From NCBI RefSeq assembly GCF_006345805.1, contig NC_042998.1, forward strand, positions 141,980,001 to 142,044,000: a stretch of DNA of 64,000 nucleotides, in the 5' to 3' direction. The position numbers and the translations under genes are program-made. Numbering within the stretch: the first letter of the stretch is position 1; the number at the start of each line of letters is the position of its first letter. A model generated the notes under the pieces. That model searched no databases. It saw only the letters and a list, made by a program, of their open reading frames with translations, and was not told the DNA's origin. Below, one piece after another: positions 63,666-64,000 of the stretch. The DNA comes from Octopus sinensis. Its lineage: Eukaryota.

Positions 63666-64000
63666 AGTGCATAAAGATTTATTCAAGGAGAGAAGACCCT
63701 TGACAGGACTTCTTACATGCTAAAAAGGGCAGTTAAACCCAAACCACTAAAAATATGGAATTCTAATGGCACACTGCTAATAGGCACTGGAGTGAATAAA
63801 AAATTAGTTAAACCTATACTCGAGTTTCACTATTAATGACCAAATAAATTAATTGGTATTTGCAGCCCGTTGGTAGGGTCACTAAGGAATGCATAATTAT
63901 ATAGCTATAATACGTATCGAAAACATGAGGCAAACACATGGGCAAGAGAGCGCCATCTTTATACATTATTGATTCAAACTTAGTGCGCGTGCGTAGTTAT

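Overview
Repeat-saturated, AT-rich animal genomic DNA. The SINE, R4/Dong, Penelope-like and mariner content and the dense (TA)n/(CA)n/(TAA)n/(CATA)n tracts look like an octopus or other cephalopod genome; this is inferred from repeat families only. I found no convincing host protein-coding exon. The long ORFs in the track are microsatellite translations or decayed transposon ORFs. Contents: two very abundant tRNA-derived SINE families and two rarer ones; a cluster of R4/Dong-type RT-REL retrotransposons embedded in (TAA)n arrays; HERO, RTE and LINE ORF1 remnants; mariner, Tc1, DD37D, hAT and Helitron elements; and Penelope-like (PLE) derived elements in (TA)n tracts. The main result is a hammerhead-ribozyme-like motif in a non-canonical, non-circularly permuted order. 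It occurs in two PLE-associated families that are unrelated in sequence (32776-32875 and 33604-33700 on +, 41140-41224 on -) with the same set of helices built from different bases. A conventional minimal hammerhead lies nearby (32470-32504). Second is an apparently perfect palindrome with 435-bp arms (36649-37543). All pairings were found by eye and need computational and biochemical confirmation. SINE and fragment boundaries are approximate (about 10-30 bp).
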